Part shown: positions 38,227-46,261 of the stretch, piece after piece | How the letters are laid out: every line of letters begins with the position of its first letter | Position numbering within the stretch: the first letter of the stretch is position 1 | Assembly (NCBI GenBank): GCA_963846575.1 | Contig: CAWJWJ010000002.1 | Span: 1,632,001-1,696,000, forward strand | Direction: 5' to 3' | DNA: 64,000 nt | From: an uncultured Nitrospiraceae bacterium | Lineage (GTDB): Bacteria > Nitrospirota > Nitrospiria > Nitrospirales > Nitrospiraceae | Program-made: the position numbers and the translations under genes | Notes under the pieces: generated by a model | Databases searched by the model: none | Told to the model about the DNA's origin: nothing | The model's input: only the letters and a program-made list of their open reading frames with translations

Positions 38227-39884
38227 CGCGACAAATCCTTCTCATCAACATCACGCGGATGGGCGACCTGGTGCAGATGGGGACCCTGCTTCAGCGTCTG
38301 CAACATGAATGGCCAGGGGCGGCGGTTGATCTCGTCGTCGACCAGCGCTTTGCGTCCGTCGCAAGCCTGTTACCGCATCTGCGGCATGTCGTGGCCTATG
38401 ACTTCCACCGGCTGGTCGATGAAAGCCGCGCGCAGACGAGGGATGTCGTGGCCCTTTTCAAGGATATGACCCAGTGGGCCTCACCGCTCGTTGAGGCGCG
38501 ATACGACCGTGCCATCAACCTCACGTTCAATCGACGGAGCGGGCTTTTGACCTCCTATGTCGGCGCGAGAGACGTGCGCGGGATCTCTGCCCCGAAGGGC
38601 GGCGACGTGGTCATTCACAACCCCTGGATGGCCTATTTGACCGACGTCCACAATCAACGTGCATTCAATCACTTCAATCTCGTCGACATTTACGCCTTAG
38701 GCGGGAGCGGCCCAGGCCCCTTTGCACCCTTGTCGATCTCAACGCCGCCCTTGGCGGAACGTTGGGCGCAGGAATTTTTCTCGTCCCACGGGGGAGAGCA
38801 GGTGACATGGGTAGCCGTGCAGGTTGGAGCCAGCGATCCGATAAAGGCCTGGCGGCCGGAGTTGTTCGGTCAAACGCTGGCCAGTCTCGCCCGGCATCCC
38901 AAGATCGGTTTTGTGTTTATCGGCACCGAGGAAGAACGGAAGGCGAGTCTGCTTGCCCAGCGTACGTATCGACAAGCGGGCGGGCTCGGCCCGCTCTGTG
39001 AGGCCATCGGGAAGACGACGCTGCCACAGCTCGCCGCGCTCCTGAAACAATGCCGCCTCCTGCTGACGAACGACACCGGACCGATGCACCTTGCCGTGGG
39101 GGTCGGAACTCCCGTCGTGGATCTCTCAGTAGGACACGTGGATTTTCGAGAGACCGGCCCATACGGTCCAGGGCACTGGATCGTGCAACCGGAGATGGCT
39201 TGCGCCCCCTGCGGATTCGACCAGATCTGTTTTCACCATGCCTGCAACGACCGGATTTCACCGGAACAGGTGGCTTCGCTCTGTGCGCATGTGCTCACCG
39301 GAGCCACGTTTCCCGGCACCGTAACCGGCGCCAGAATCTATCAAGCCCGCGTTGACGAGGATGGATTGGGGAGCGCCCGGCTTCATGCCGGTCGGGAAGA
39401 TCCGCTCGTCGGCTGGTACGGTGGCTTTTGGCGAAGGTTCTGGTTCGAGCAATTTACCGGACGGTCCAGTCGGGTGCCGAACAATGAGGAACTGCCTCCC
39501 GACTGGAATGAGGCATCGGTCCTCCTCGACCGCCTCGCTCCTCTCGCCGCCATGCTCCTGTCTAAGGCTCGGGAAATGGTCCGTTTAAGCAAGCAGGCTC
39601 CTTTGCCTGTCAGCGCCCTGCAGCACCTGCAGCAGCGCGACAGCGCGGAGCGCCGCCAGATAGTGGCGCTCAGCATGCAGAGTCCGGCTACGGCATCCCT
39701 TGCGGTAGCCCTGTTGCGGGATATCCATAACGATGATGGGACTGAACTTACGTCCATGGCACTCTCCCGTCTCGCGACCTATCAACGCTGGCAATCCAGG
39801 CTCAACCTGGTCAGCAGGTATTTCACTTCCCTTCGAAGCGCCCACGACCGCGTCCGAGTCCTTCCCATGGCACGGTCCGCGTAG
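38223..39884 (+). CDS. Glycosyltransferase family 9 (heptosyltransferase-like)
   Basis: NITRMGDLVQ, GKTTL, NDTGPMHLA, ETGPYG, CAPC-x5-C-x4-C. Confidence 0.85.
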   Translation: MTRQILLINITRMGDLVQMGTLLQRLQHEWPGAAVDLVVDQRFASVASLLPHLRHVVAYDFHRLVDESRAQTRDVVALFKDMTQWASPLVEARYDRAINLTFNRRSGLLTSYVGARDVRGISAPKGGDVVIHNPWMAYLTDVHNQRAFNHFNLVDIYALGGSGPGPFAPLSISTPPLAERWAQEFFSSHGGEQVTWVAVQVGASDPIKAWRPELFGQTLASLARHPKIGFVFIGTEEERKASLLAQRTYRQAGGLGPLCEAIGKTTLPQLAALLKQCRLLLTNDTGPMHLAVGVGTPVVDLSVGHVDFRETGPYGPGHWIVQPEMACAPCGFDQICFHHACNDRISPEQVASLCAHVLTGATFPGTVTGARIYQARVDEDGLGSARLHAGREDPLVGWYGGFWRRFWFEQFTGRSSRVPNNEELPPDWNEASVLLDRLAPLAAMLLSKAREMVRLSKQAPLPVSALQHLQQRDSAERRQIVALSMQSPATASLAVALLRDIHNDDGTELTSMALSRLATYQRWQSRLNLVSRYFTSLRSAHDRVRVLPMARSA

Positions 39885-39931
39885 GCCGCCTTACGCGGTC
39901 AGTGTTGACATCTTTTAGTAGGAGTGTCCCC

Positions 39932-40474
39932 ATGCACATTACCCTCGATGAAGCCCAATGGCAGTTGCCCGATGAGACGTCGCTCATGGAGATCCTGGCT
40001 GCGATCAGTGATAGGGCGCAGGCGGAGCGGCGTATCGTGGTCTCATTGACCATCGGCGGCAAGGTAATCAGTGACCGGGATCTGACTCCCGGTTTCCTGA
40101 ACCAGTCGGGAAAGGATCTCGGACCGATCCAGGCCGTTTCCAAATCGCTGCACGGCATCATTACGGAGGCCAAACATGCCATCGATCGTTTCGCCCTTCA
40201 ACTGCGAAACGACGGGCAGGTCCTGCTCACCCCCTTACGGTCAGGAACCGGCCAGGTCGGATCGATCGACGCGTGGTTGGGACGTCTGGCGGACTATACC
40301 GAAATGCTGGAGACAGGTCACAAGCAAGGGGTGTCGGGCCTATCTGCCGGCAGCCTGCTCCCGTGGATCCAGGAATTGCTGGATGCGCGTTCTACTGCAG
40401 ACCCCGTTCGTGTCGCCGATCTGCTGGAATATGAATTATTGCCACGCCTGACGGAACCCACCTTAACCTCTTGA
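39932..40474 (+). CDS. Hypothetical protein of the flagellin-modification locus (C-terminal ADLLEYEL helix)
   Basis: AGGAG RBS; 180-aa ORF immediately upstream of the fliC promoter. Confidence 0.7.
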   Translation: MHITLDEAQWQLPDETSLMEILAAISDRAQAERRIVVSLTIGGKVISDRDLTPGFLNQSGKDLGPIQAVSKSLHGIITEAKHAIDRFALQLRNDGQVLLTPLRSGTGQVGSIDAWLGRLADYTEMLETGHKQGVSGLSAGSLLPWIQELLDARSTADPVRVADLLEYELLPRLTEPTLTS

Positions 40475-40550
40475 TAGTCATTATAGTTCGATACTGCACA
40501 GAAACCTGTGATGGCCCTCGTTACACATATTTCTATGCTTCCTGAACCAC

Positions 40551-40578
40551 TTAAGTCTTAGTCGGGGGGTGCCGATAA
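40551..40578 (+). promoter_or_regulatory. sigma28 promoter of flagellin
   Basis: TTAAGTCT-N12-GCCGATAA (perfect -10). Confidence 0.9.
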
Positions 40579-40690
40579 GGGGCACAGCAATACGGTAACA
40601 GGAGGAGCGAGGATGTGCGCACATCTTCATCAAGCCGGGTTACCAGCTCGTCGGCACGGACGCTGGCGAATCTTCGAGAGTAGTGGAGAG

Positions 40691-40705
40691 ACTTCAGGAG
40701 GAAGT
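40691..40705 (+). promoter_or_regulatory. Putative CsrA-binding hairpin overlapping the fliC Shine-Dalgarno
   Basis: ACTTC-AGGAG-GAAGT: 5-bp stem with GGA in the loop, 5 nt before the ATG; csrA and fliW are in the window. Confidence 0.6.
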
Positions 40706-40710
40706 ACGTC

Positions 40711-41538
40711 ATGGCATTAGTAGTCAATACCAACATTTCGTCACTGGCCGCGCAGCGCAACCTTTCAGTCAATCAATCTGCATTGGCGAAATCGGTTGAG
40801 CACTTGTCTTCAGGTTTGCGCATTACCCGCGCATCCGACGACGCGGCCGGCTTGGGCGTGTCCGAGACCTTGCGGGCACAGATCCGCAGCATCAATCAAG
40901 CCACCAGGAACGCGGGTGACGGTATCAGTCTGACACAGACGGCCGATGGCGCCGCGGCGTCGATCGGCAGCCTGTTGGGCCGTATGCGTGAGTTGGCCAC
41001 CCAAGCGGCCAGCGGAACGGTCGGCACGACGGAACGGTCGTACCTGGATCAGGAGTTTGTGGCGTTGCGTTCGGAAATCGATCGTATTTCGACGACGACG
41101 GAATTCAACGGACAAGCGCTGTTGAGCGGAAGCAGCAACACCTTCTCGGTGTTCGTCGGGTTCAAGAGCGGATCGGGCAACTCCCTGTCCGTTGCGCTGG
41201 ACGATCTCGACGTCGCATCGGTCGGATTGACCGGAGCGAGTGTGTCAACTGCGGCAGCCGCACAGGCGGTCCTCGCCAACATTGACGGGGCGATCAGCTC
41301 CGTGGCAACCGCCCGAGCGAATTACGGATCGATCCAAAGCCGGTTCGATGCCGCCATTCAGAACCTCACCGTGACGGCGGAGAACTTCACGGCAGCAGAT
41401 TCGCGGATTCGCGATGCTGACATTGCCCAAGAGACCTCCCTGTTCACGAGGAACCAGATCCTCACACAGTCGGGCATTGCCATCTTGGCGCAGGCCAACG
41501 CATTGCCACAGCAAGCGTTAGCGCTGCTGAGAGGATAA
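40711..41538 (+). CDS. fliC: Flagellin (275 aa, minimal)
   Basis: NTNISSLAAQRNL, LSSGLRITRASDDAAG, SRIRDAD, QANALPQQALALL. Confidence 0.98.
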   Translation: MALVVNTNISSLAAQRNLSVNQSALAKSVEHLSSGLRITRASDDAAGLGVSETLRAQIRSINQATRNAGDGISLTQTADGAAASIGSLLGRMRELATQAASGTVGTTERSYLDQEFVALRSEIDRISTTTEFNGQALLSGSSNTFSVFVGFKSGSGNSLSVALDDLDVASVGLTGASVSTAAAAQAVLANIDGAISSVATARANYGSIQSRFDAAIQNLTVTAENFTAADSRIRDADIAQETSLFTRNQILTQSGIAILAQANALPQQALALLRG

Positions 41539-41550
41539 CGCATCATCCGT

Positions 41551-41582
41551 CGGAGAACCCTCTCCTCGGAGAGGGTTCTCCG
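41551..41582 (+). terminator. Strong stem-loop after fliC (no U-tract; terminator/attenuator or stability element)
   Basis: CGGAGAACCCTCTCC-TC-GGAGAGGGTTCTCCG perfect inverted repeat. Confidence 0.65.
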
Positions 41583-41605
41583 CGGACTGGTTCTAGGAGG
41601 CTACC

Positions 41606-41965
41606 ATGGTCCAAGACGTACCCAACAATACGGACCACCTCGCAGCCGCCACCCATGCGAGTCCGATTGCTCCGCAACCTTCGACTGTGCGGAGCCAAGA
41701 GGCACGGGTCGAGGAACCCAAATCCTCTGTAGGAGAGGTCAATAAGAAGGATCTTGAACAGGCGGTCGCACGAGTGCGTCAGGTGTTTCAGAACGCCGAT
41801 TCTCGCGTAGAATTTTCCATCGATCCGGACCTCGGCCGGGTCATCGTCAAGATTATGGACGGTGACACCGGCACGGTGATTCGGCAAATTCCTCAGCAGG
41901 AAGTGCTTGAGCTGGCGAAGAGCTTAGAAGCGCCAACCGGCCTGTTGCTACACCACAAGGCGTAG
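41606..41965 (+). CDS. flaG: Flagellar protein FlaG
   Basis: VEFSIDPDLGRVIVKIMDGDTGTVIRQIPQQEVL. Confidence 0.88.
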   Translation: MVQDVPNNTDHLAAATHASPIAPQPSTVRSQEARVEEPKSSVGEVNKKDLEQAVARVRQVFQNADSRVEFSIDPDLGRVIVKIMDGDTGTVIRQIPQQEVLELAKSLEAPTGLLLHHKA

Positions 41966-41992
41966 CTGTCATCAGGACGTGAAAGGGATGTC

Positions 41993-43375
41993 ATGGCGAT
42001 TAGCTTCGGGGGATTAGGCAATGGCGTGGACTTTGGCCAGGTCGTCAAAGAGTTGGTCAAGGTCCAGCGTCAGCCGATCGATAAGCTCACGGCAGCCAAA
42101 CTAGATCTGCAAAAAAAACTCACGGATTACGGCACGCTGGGGACAAAACTTCTCGCACTCCAGAGCGCGGCGAGCCAACTACGCCTCAACAGCAGCTTCG
42201 ATCAATCCACCGCCAGCGTCAGCGATACCACCGTCCTGGATGCCCAATCCTCGGCTGGAGCCAGTGCCGGAAGCTACACAGTTCAGGTGACGCAGCTTGC
42301 GAAGGCCAACCAAATCACGAACAAAGCCATCAAGGCGGTTGCCAGCACCACGACCGCCGTCGTCTCGGGCGGTGCCGGAACCTTTACCTTCAGAGTCGGA
42401 TCAGGCTCGAATCAGTCCATCGCGCTCAATGATGGTGCCACGCTCGATGATCTTCGCTCCGCCATCAACGATCTGGGAGCCGGAGTCACCGCCTCAGTGA
42501 TCAATACCGGCACGGACTCAAGCCCGGCCTACCGACTCACCCTCACGGCGACCAGTTCAGGCGAGGCTAATGCGATAACGGTCGTGACCGATACCACAAC
42601 GCTCGATTTCTTGAACGCCAGCGGGACGGGTGGCTCCGACACCTTACAGGCCGGGCAGAATGCCATCATCGTCATCGGGGATCCGGATCAGACGCCCATC
42701 ACCATCCAGAGAACAAGCAATGTCATCACCGATGCCATCCCGGATGTCACCCTGACATTGAAAGCCAAAACCACCGGCGATCCAGTGACGGTCAACATCA
42801 ACTCCGACCCTGAGACCGTCAAGACCAATATTAAGAACCTGGCGACGGCGTACAATGACATCGTCAAATTCATCAACGAACGCACGGCCTACGATACGAC
42901 GACCAAGACAGGGGGAGATTTCTTCAATGAAGGGACCGCCAAGGGCGTGCTCACCCGGTTGCGCAGCGCCCTCACGGGCACGGTGAGCGGCGCTACGACG
43001 TACCAGACAGTGGGGCAGATCGGCTTTAAGACAGAGCGCGATGGCACCCTCACGGTCGATGACGCCAAACTGAGTTCGGCGCTCACGAGCAACTATTCCG
43101 CGACGAAAGCCTTGTTCGTAACCCAGCCCACGTCGACCGGCATCGCCCAGCAAATCACCCAAGCGGTTGATTTCCTGGATAGCGTGGACACAGGGGCCTT
43201 CGCCCTTCGCAAAAATGCCATTACCGACCAGATCACGAGGATGTCCGCCGAGATCACTCGTAAGGAAGGGGTTTCCAGCCGGTACGAAGAACGCCTTCGA
43301 CTTCAATACGCCGCTCTCGATGGTCTCCTCCAGCAAATGCAACGACAAACCAGCGCGCTTCAAGCGTTGAGATAA
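41993..43375 (+). CDS. fliD: Filament cap FliD
   Basis: ISFGGLGNGVD, GSYTVQVTQLA, RTSNVITDAIPDVTLTL, LRLQYAALD. Confidence 0.93.
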   Translation: MAISFGGLGNGVDFGQVVKELVKVQRQPIDKLTAAKLDLQKKLTDYGTLGTKLLALQSAASQLRLNSSFDQSTASVSDTTVLDAQSSAGASAGSYTVQVTQLAKANQITNKAIKAVASTTTAVVSGGAGTFTFRVGSGSNQSIALNDGATLDDLRSAINDLGAGVTASVINTGTDSSPAYRLTLTATSSGEANAITVVTDTTTLDFLNASGTGGSDTLQAGQNAIIVIGDPDQTPITIQRTSNVITDAIPDVTLTLKAKTTGDPVTVNINSDPETVKTNIKNLATAYNDIVKFINERTAYDTTTKTGGDFFNEGTAKGVLTRLRSALTGTVSGATTYQTVGQIGFKTERDGTLTVDDAKLSSALTSNYSATKALFVTQPTSTGIAQQITQAVDFLDSVDTGAFALRKNAITDQITRMSAEITRKEGVSSRYEERLRLQYAALDGLLQQMQRQTSALQALR

Positions 43376-43390
43376 CCGATAAGGGCTACC

Positions 43391-43783
43391 ATGATTGCCA
43401 ATGTCGCCAGTGCCTACCAGCAGACCCAAGTGATGACCGCGAACCGGGTGCAATTGATTGTGTTGCTGTATGACTCTGCCATTCAGTCACTCGAGTTGGC
43501 ACGCGAGGCGATACTCACCAACAACTATAAAGACAAAGCCCGCTTCCTCGACCGCGCGATCGCCATCGCGGGAGAATTATCCAGCGTGCTGGATTTCGAA
43601 CGGGGCGGGGAGATCGCCGTCTCGTTGCACCGGCTCTACGACTACATGGTTCAACAATGCATCCAAGCCAATCTCCGGCACAATGGTAAACACCTCGACG
43701 GCCCGATCCGTTGCCTGAGCACGTTACGCGAGGGTTGGCAAGCCGTCGCCCGGCAGGAAGCTGTGGCCCATGCCGGGAGCTAG
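43391..43783 (+). CDS. fliS: Flagellin chaperone FliS
   Basis: AYQQTQVMTA..QLIVLLYD, LDFERGGEIA.SL.RLYDYM, LREGW. Confidence 0.94.
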   Translation: MIANVASAYQQTQVMTANRVQLIVLLYDSAIQSLELAREAILTNNYKDKARFLDRAIAIAGELSSVLDFERGGEIAVSLHRLYDYMVQQCIQANLRHNGKHLDGPIRCLSTLREGWQAVARQEAVAHAGS

Positions 43784-44114
43784 TGTGCCATTCCCCCAGC
43801 CCCTTGACGAGCCGCTCACCATAGAACTCCTCACACAGCAGGCCCTGGAGGCATCGCGAGCAGGTGATTGGGACCGTGTCATGGCCTGTTATGCCAACCG
43901 GCAGGTCCTCTTGCAAGGGGGCCGGCTCGACCGAATCCCGGTGCAACTCATACTGGACATGGACGAACAGGTACGCGCGGCAGCGCTGGTTGCACAAGCC
44001 GCGATCTCCAGTCTGATTGCCGATAACACGCACATTCAGGTGCAACTCCGGCGCCTGCGAGAAAGTGCCGGACATCAGCCTGCGATACAGGGATCGATTC
44101 ATCGTGAGGCATGA
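43770..44114 (+). CDS. Small helical protein, FliT-like by position
   Basis: Follows fliS; GDWD.V.....RQ.LL pattern. Confidence 0.5.
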   Translation: MPGASVPFPQPLDEPLTIELLTQQALEASRAGDWDRVMACYANRQVLLQGGRLDRIPVQLILDMDEQVRAAALVAQAAISSLIADNTHIQVQLRRLRESAGHQPAIQGSIHREA

Positions 44115-44176
44115 TCCTACCCGGGGCCTACGGTCTCGTTCCCTCCGCTGCGCACTATTCATAGAAGAGGCATGGT

Positions 44177-44788
44177 ATGGCTTCTCCCAAAAACCTCTCG
44201 GGCATGACTCCCCACGCTGACGTCAAAAGTGAAGAGCGGCGCGAATGGTTGCGCATCGATGACCGCCTGTTGCTCGAATATCGGCTATCTGACGAACCTG
44301 CCGAGGCCATGCATCGCTACCTTCCCCCGGTAACCGAGGACACGATCGCGACAGCCGTCTCAAAACCCACCCTGGACTTGTTGGCTCGTGCAGCAGAGAC
44401 CTTCGCAGGTTCTCCATTGGTACCATGGGTATCGAAGATCGACTGGATGCTGGAAACGATCCTTAAATCGTTGGCAAAAAGCCAGCCCGGAAGTGTGCAG
44501 ATTGCCCGGCTGACCGAAGTGGACATCAGCGCCGGCGGGGTGGGATTCATCACTCCGCGTCAATTCCGACCGGATGATGTCCTGGCTCTCAAAGTGATCC
44601 TGCCTCCGTTCAGCATGATTGAGACGACCGCGCGGATCATACGGGTCACCGCAGCAGGGAAGGGCGCGACGGGATATTGTGTGGCGACGCAGTTTATAGA
44701 CCTGGCGGGCGACGACCAGGAACTGATTATCCGCCACATACTTCAGGTTCAGGCAGAACGCTTGCGAGCCAGGAAAGCGGCGCACTGA
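44177..44788 (+). CDS. PilZ domain protein
   Basis: RREWLR (RxxxR) and DISAGG separated by a long insert. Confidence 0.8.
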   Translation: MASPKNLSGMTPHADVKSEERREWLRIDDRLLLEYRLSDEPAEAMHRYLPPVTEDTIATAVSKPTLDLLARAAETFAGSPLVPWVSKIDWMLETILKSLAKSQPGSVQIARLTEVDISAGGVGFITPRQFRPDDVLALKVILPPFSMIETTARIIRVTAAGKGATGYCVATQFIDLAGDDQELIIRHILQVQAERLRARKAAH

Positions 44789-44797
44789 GCAGGTCCG

Positions 44798-45727
44798 CTA
44801 GGCGACCTGTTCAGGTGGAAGCGGCGTCTCGGAGAGCACAGGGGCCGGGCAGGCGATGATGCGAAGGAGCATCTGAGCCGCTTTCTCGAGGGCCAGGGAC
44901 GCCGGCGCAGTCGGTTCGCACTCCACGACGGGAAGATAACTCCGGACGGCCCGGGTCATCGCCGGATCGTCAGGAATCTCCCCAAGCATCGTCAGGTCCC
45001 CACCCACATATTCTTGCAACAGTTTCTTCAACTGCAACACGTTGACTCGTGACTTGCCCGAGACTCGATTCACAATGAGATGGGGTTGAAATCTCAAGAG
45101 TGTCCCTTTCGCCGTTTCCCTGGCGTTGGGATCCGTCTCGACGACAGTCTGAATGACCTCTTCGATGCTACTAAAGTCACGATCGGAAAGCGTCTCACTC
45201 ACGGCATCCCTTGAGAGGAAAGCCGAAAGAACCCGTCGAATGGCGGCCAGTTTGATAAAGCGGTACAGGTCGAGGACAGAGGTCGGATCCGGAGTCGCCA
45301 CGGTCAGGTAATGGTCGGCCATCAGAAAAAAATCAAGCGCGTGGTAGCTGGTGCCTGCCCCGATATCGACGATAATGACATCTGCTGCTAGTTGACGAAA
45401 GTGACGGATGAGCCTTTTTTTCTTGGCATAAGGCAGATTGGCCGTCGCCAGTGTGTCGCCCGTGCCGGGGATCAGGTGGAGAAACGGATGAGCCGATACC
45501 GGCTGAAGAACTTCATCAAGACGCTCCACTCGGCGTTCAACGAAATCAGTCAGGGTGAGGGGAGGATTCAGCATCCCGAAGAGGATATGGGCGTCGGCAC
45601 CTCCCACGTCCAGATCGGCCAATACGACGCGCTTGCCACTTTTCGCCAACAACATCGATAAGTTAGCGGCAATGACACTTTTGCCGACTCCACCCTTTCC
45701 GGACCCTACGGAAACGATCGTCGCCAT
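44798..45727 (-). CDS. Second MinD/FlhG-like ATPase
   Basis: GSGKGGVGKS, DLDVGGAD, DIGAG, TPDPTS, LIVNR. Confidence 0.85.
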   Translation of the reverse strand: MATIVSVGSGKGGVGKSVIAANLSMLLAKSGKRVVLADLDVGGADAHILFGMLNPPLTLTDFVERRVERLDEVLQPVSAHPFLHLIPGTGDTLATANLPYAKKKRLIRHFRQLAADVIIVDIGAGTSYHALDFFLMADHYLTVATPDPTSVLDLYRFIKLAAIRRVLSAFLSRDAVSETLSDRDFSSIEEVIQTVVETDPNARETAKGTLLRFQPHLIVNRVSGKSRVNVLQLKKLLQEYVGGDLTMLGEIPDDPAMTRAVRSYLPVVECEPTAPASLALEKAAQMLLRIIACPAPVLSETPLPPEQVA

Positions 45728-45768
45728 ACGCAGAGATCTCTCGTTATTGTGTGAATCTGCCATGCATG

Positions 45769-45796
45769 CTGTCGGTCACCTCAGGTCTAAACATGA
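45769..45796 (-). promoter_or_regulatory. Candidate sigma28 promoter for MinD-like gene
   Basis: Minus strand reads TCATGTTT-N12-ACCGACAG. Confidence 0.45.
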
Positions 45797-45887
45797 ACGG
45801 GCAGAGTGCAGTCCACTCGCTTAGTCCCCGATAGCCCTTGCCGCACCATCCGGTCCTATTTCACCTCATTGTCCAGGAACTGGCAAC

Positions 45888-45915
45888 TAAAGTTTGAGAC
45901 GGCGCCCACCGATAC
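45888..45915 (+). promoter_or_regulatory. sigma28 promoter for HTH-cheRYZAV operon
   Basis: TAAAGTTT-N12-ACCGATAC (perfect -35). Confidence 0.82.
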
Positions 45916-45925
45916 CTTATCCGTC

Positions 45926-46153
45926 ATGAACGATGCCATCGCAACAACGACAGTCAATGTCGACAGTGCACTGCCCTCGGAAAGCGAGATTTTAACCGTG
46001 ATGGAGGTCGCGCGATTTCTGCGTGTTCCAAAGTCCACGGTCTACAAGCTCGCTCGCCTGGGCCAGCTCCCGGCTTCAAAAATCGGGAAGCACTGGCGCT
46101 TTCTCCGGCGCGACATTCACGACTGGATGCACAACAGGACCCAGCAGAACTGA
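45926..46153 (+). CDS. Small excisionase-family/HTH_17 (BldC-like) DNA-binding protein
   Basis: ILTVMEVARFLRVPKSTVYKLARLGQLPASKIGKHWRF. Confidence 0.85.
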   Translation: MNDAIATTTVNVDSALPSESEILTVMEVARFLRVPKSTVYKLARLGQLPASKIGKHWRFLRRDIHDWMHNRTQQN

Positions 46154-46261
46154 TCTCTCCTGCAGAAGGGGAGATGGGCGAGCTGGAAGAGCGTCACGGC
46201 GCAGAGCCTGACGGTTCGATGATGTGCTCGAACACCTCAACGCATTTCAAGAGGCATTTTG

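Noticed and set aside
39905..39910. TTGACA as a sigma70 -35
   Set aside because: No -10 at 16-18 nt; that position overlaps the start codon region
45926..46153. Excisionase as evidence of a prophage/ICE
   Set aside because: No integrase, att repeats, tRNA or phage genes; it sits in a sigma28 operon
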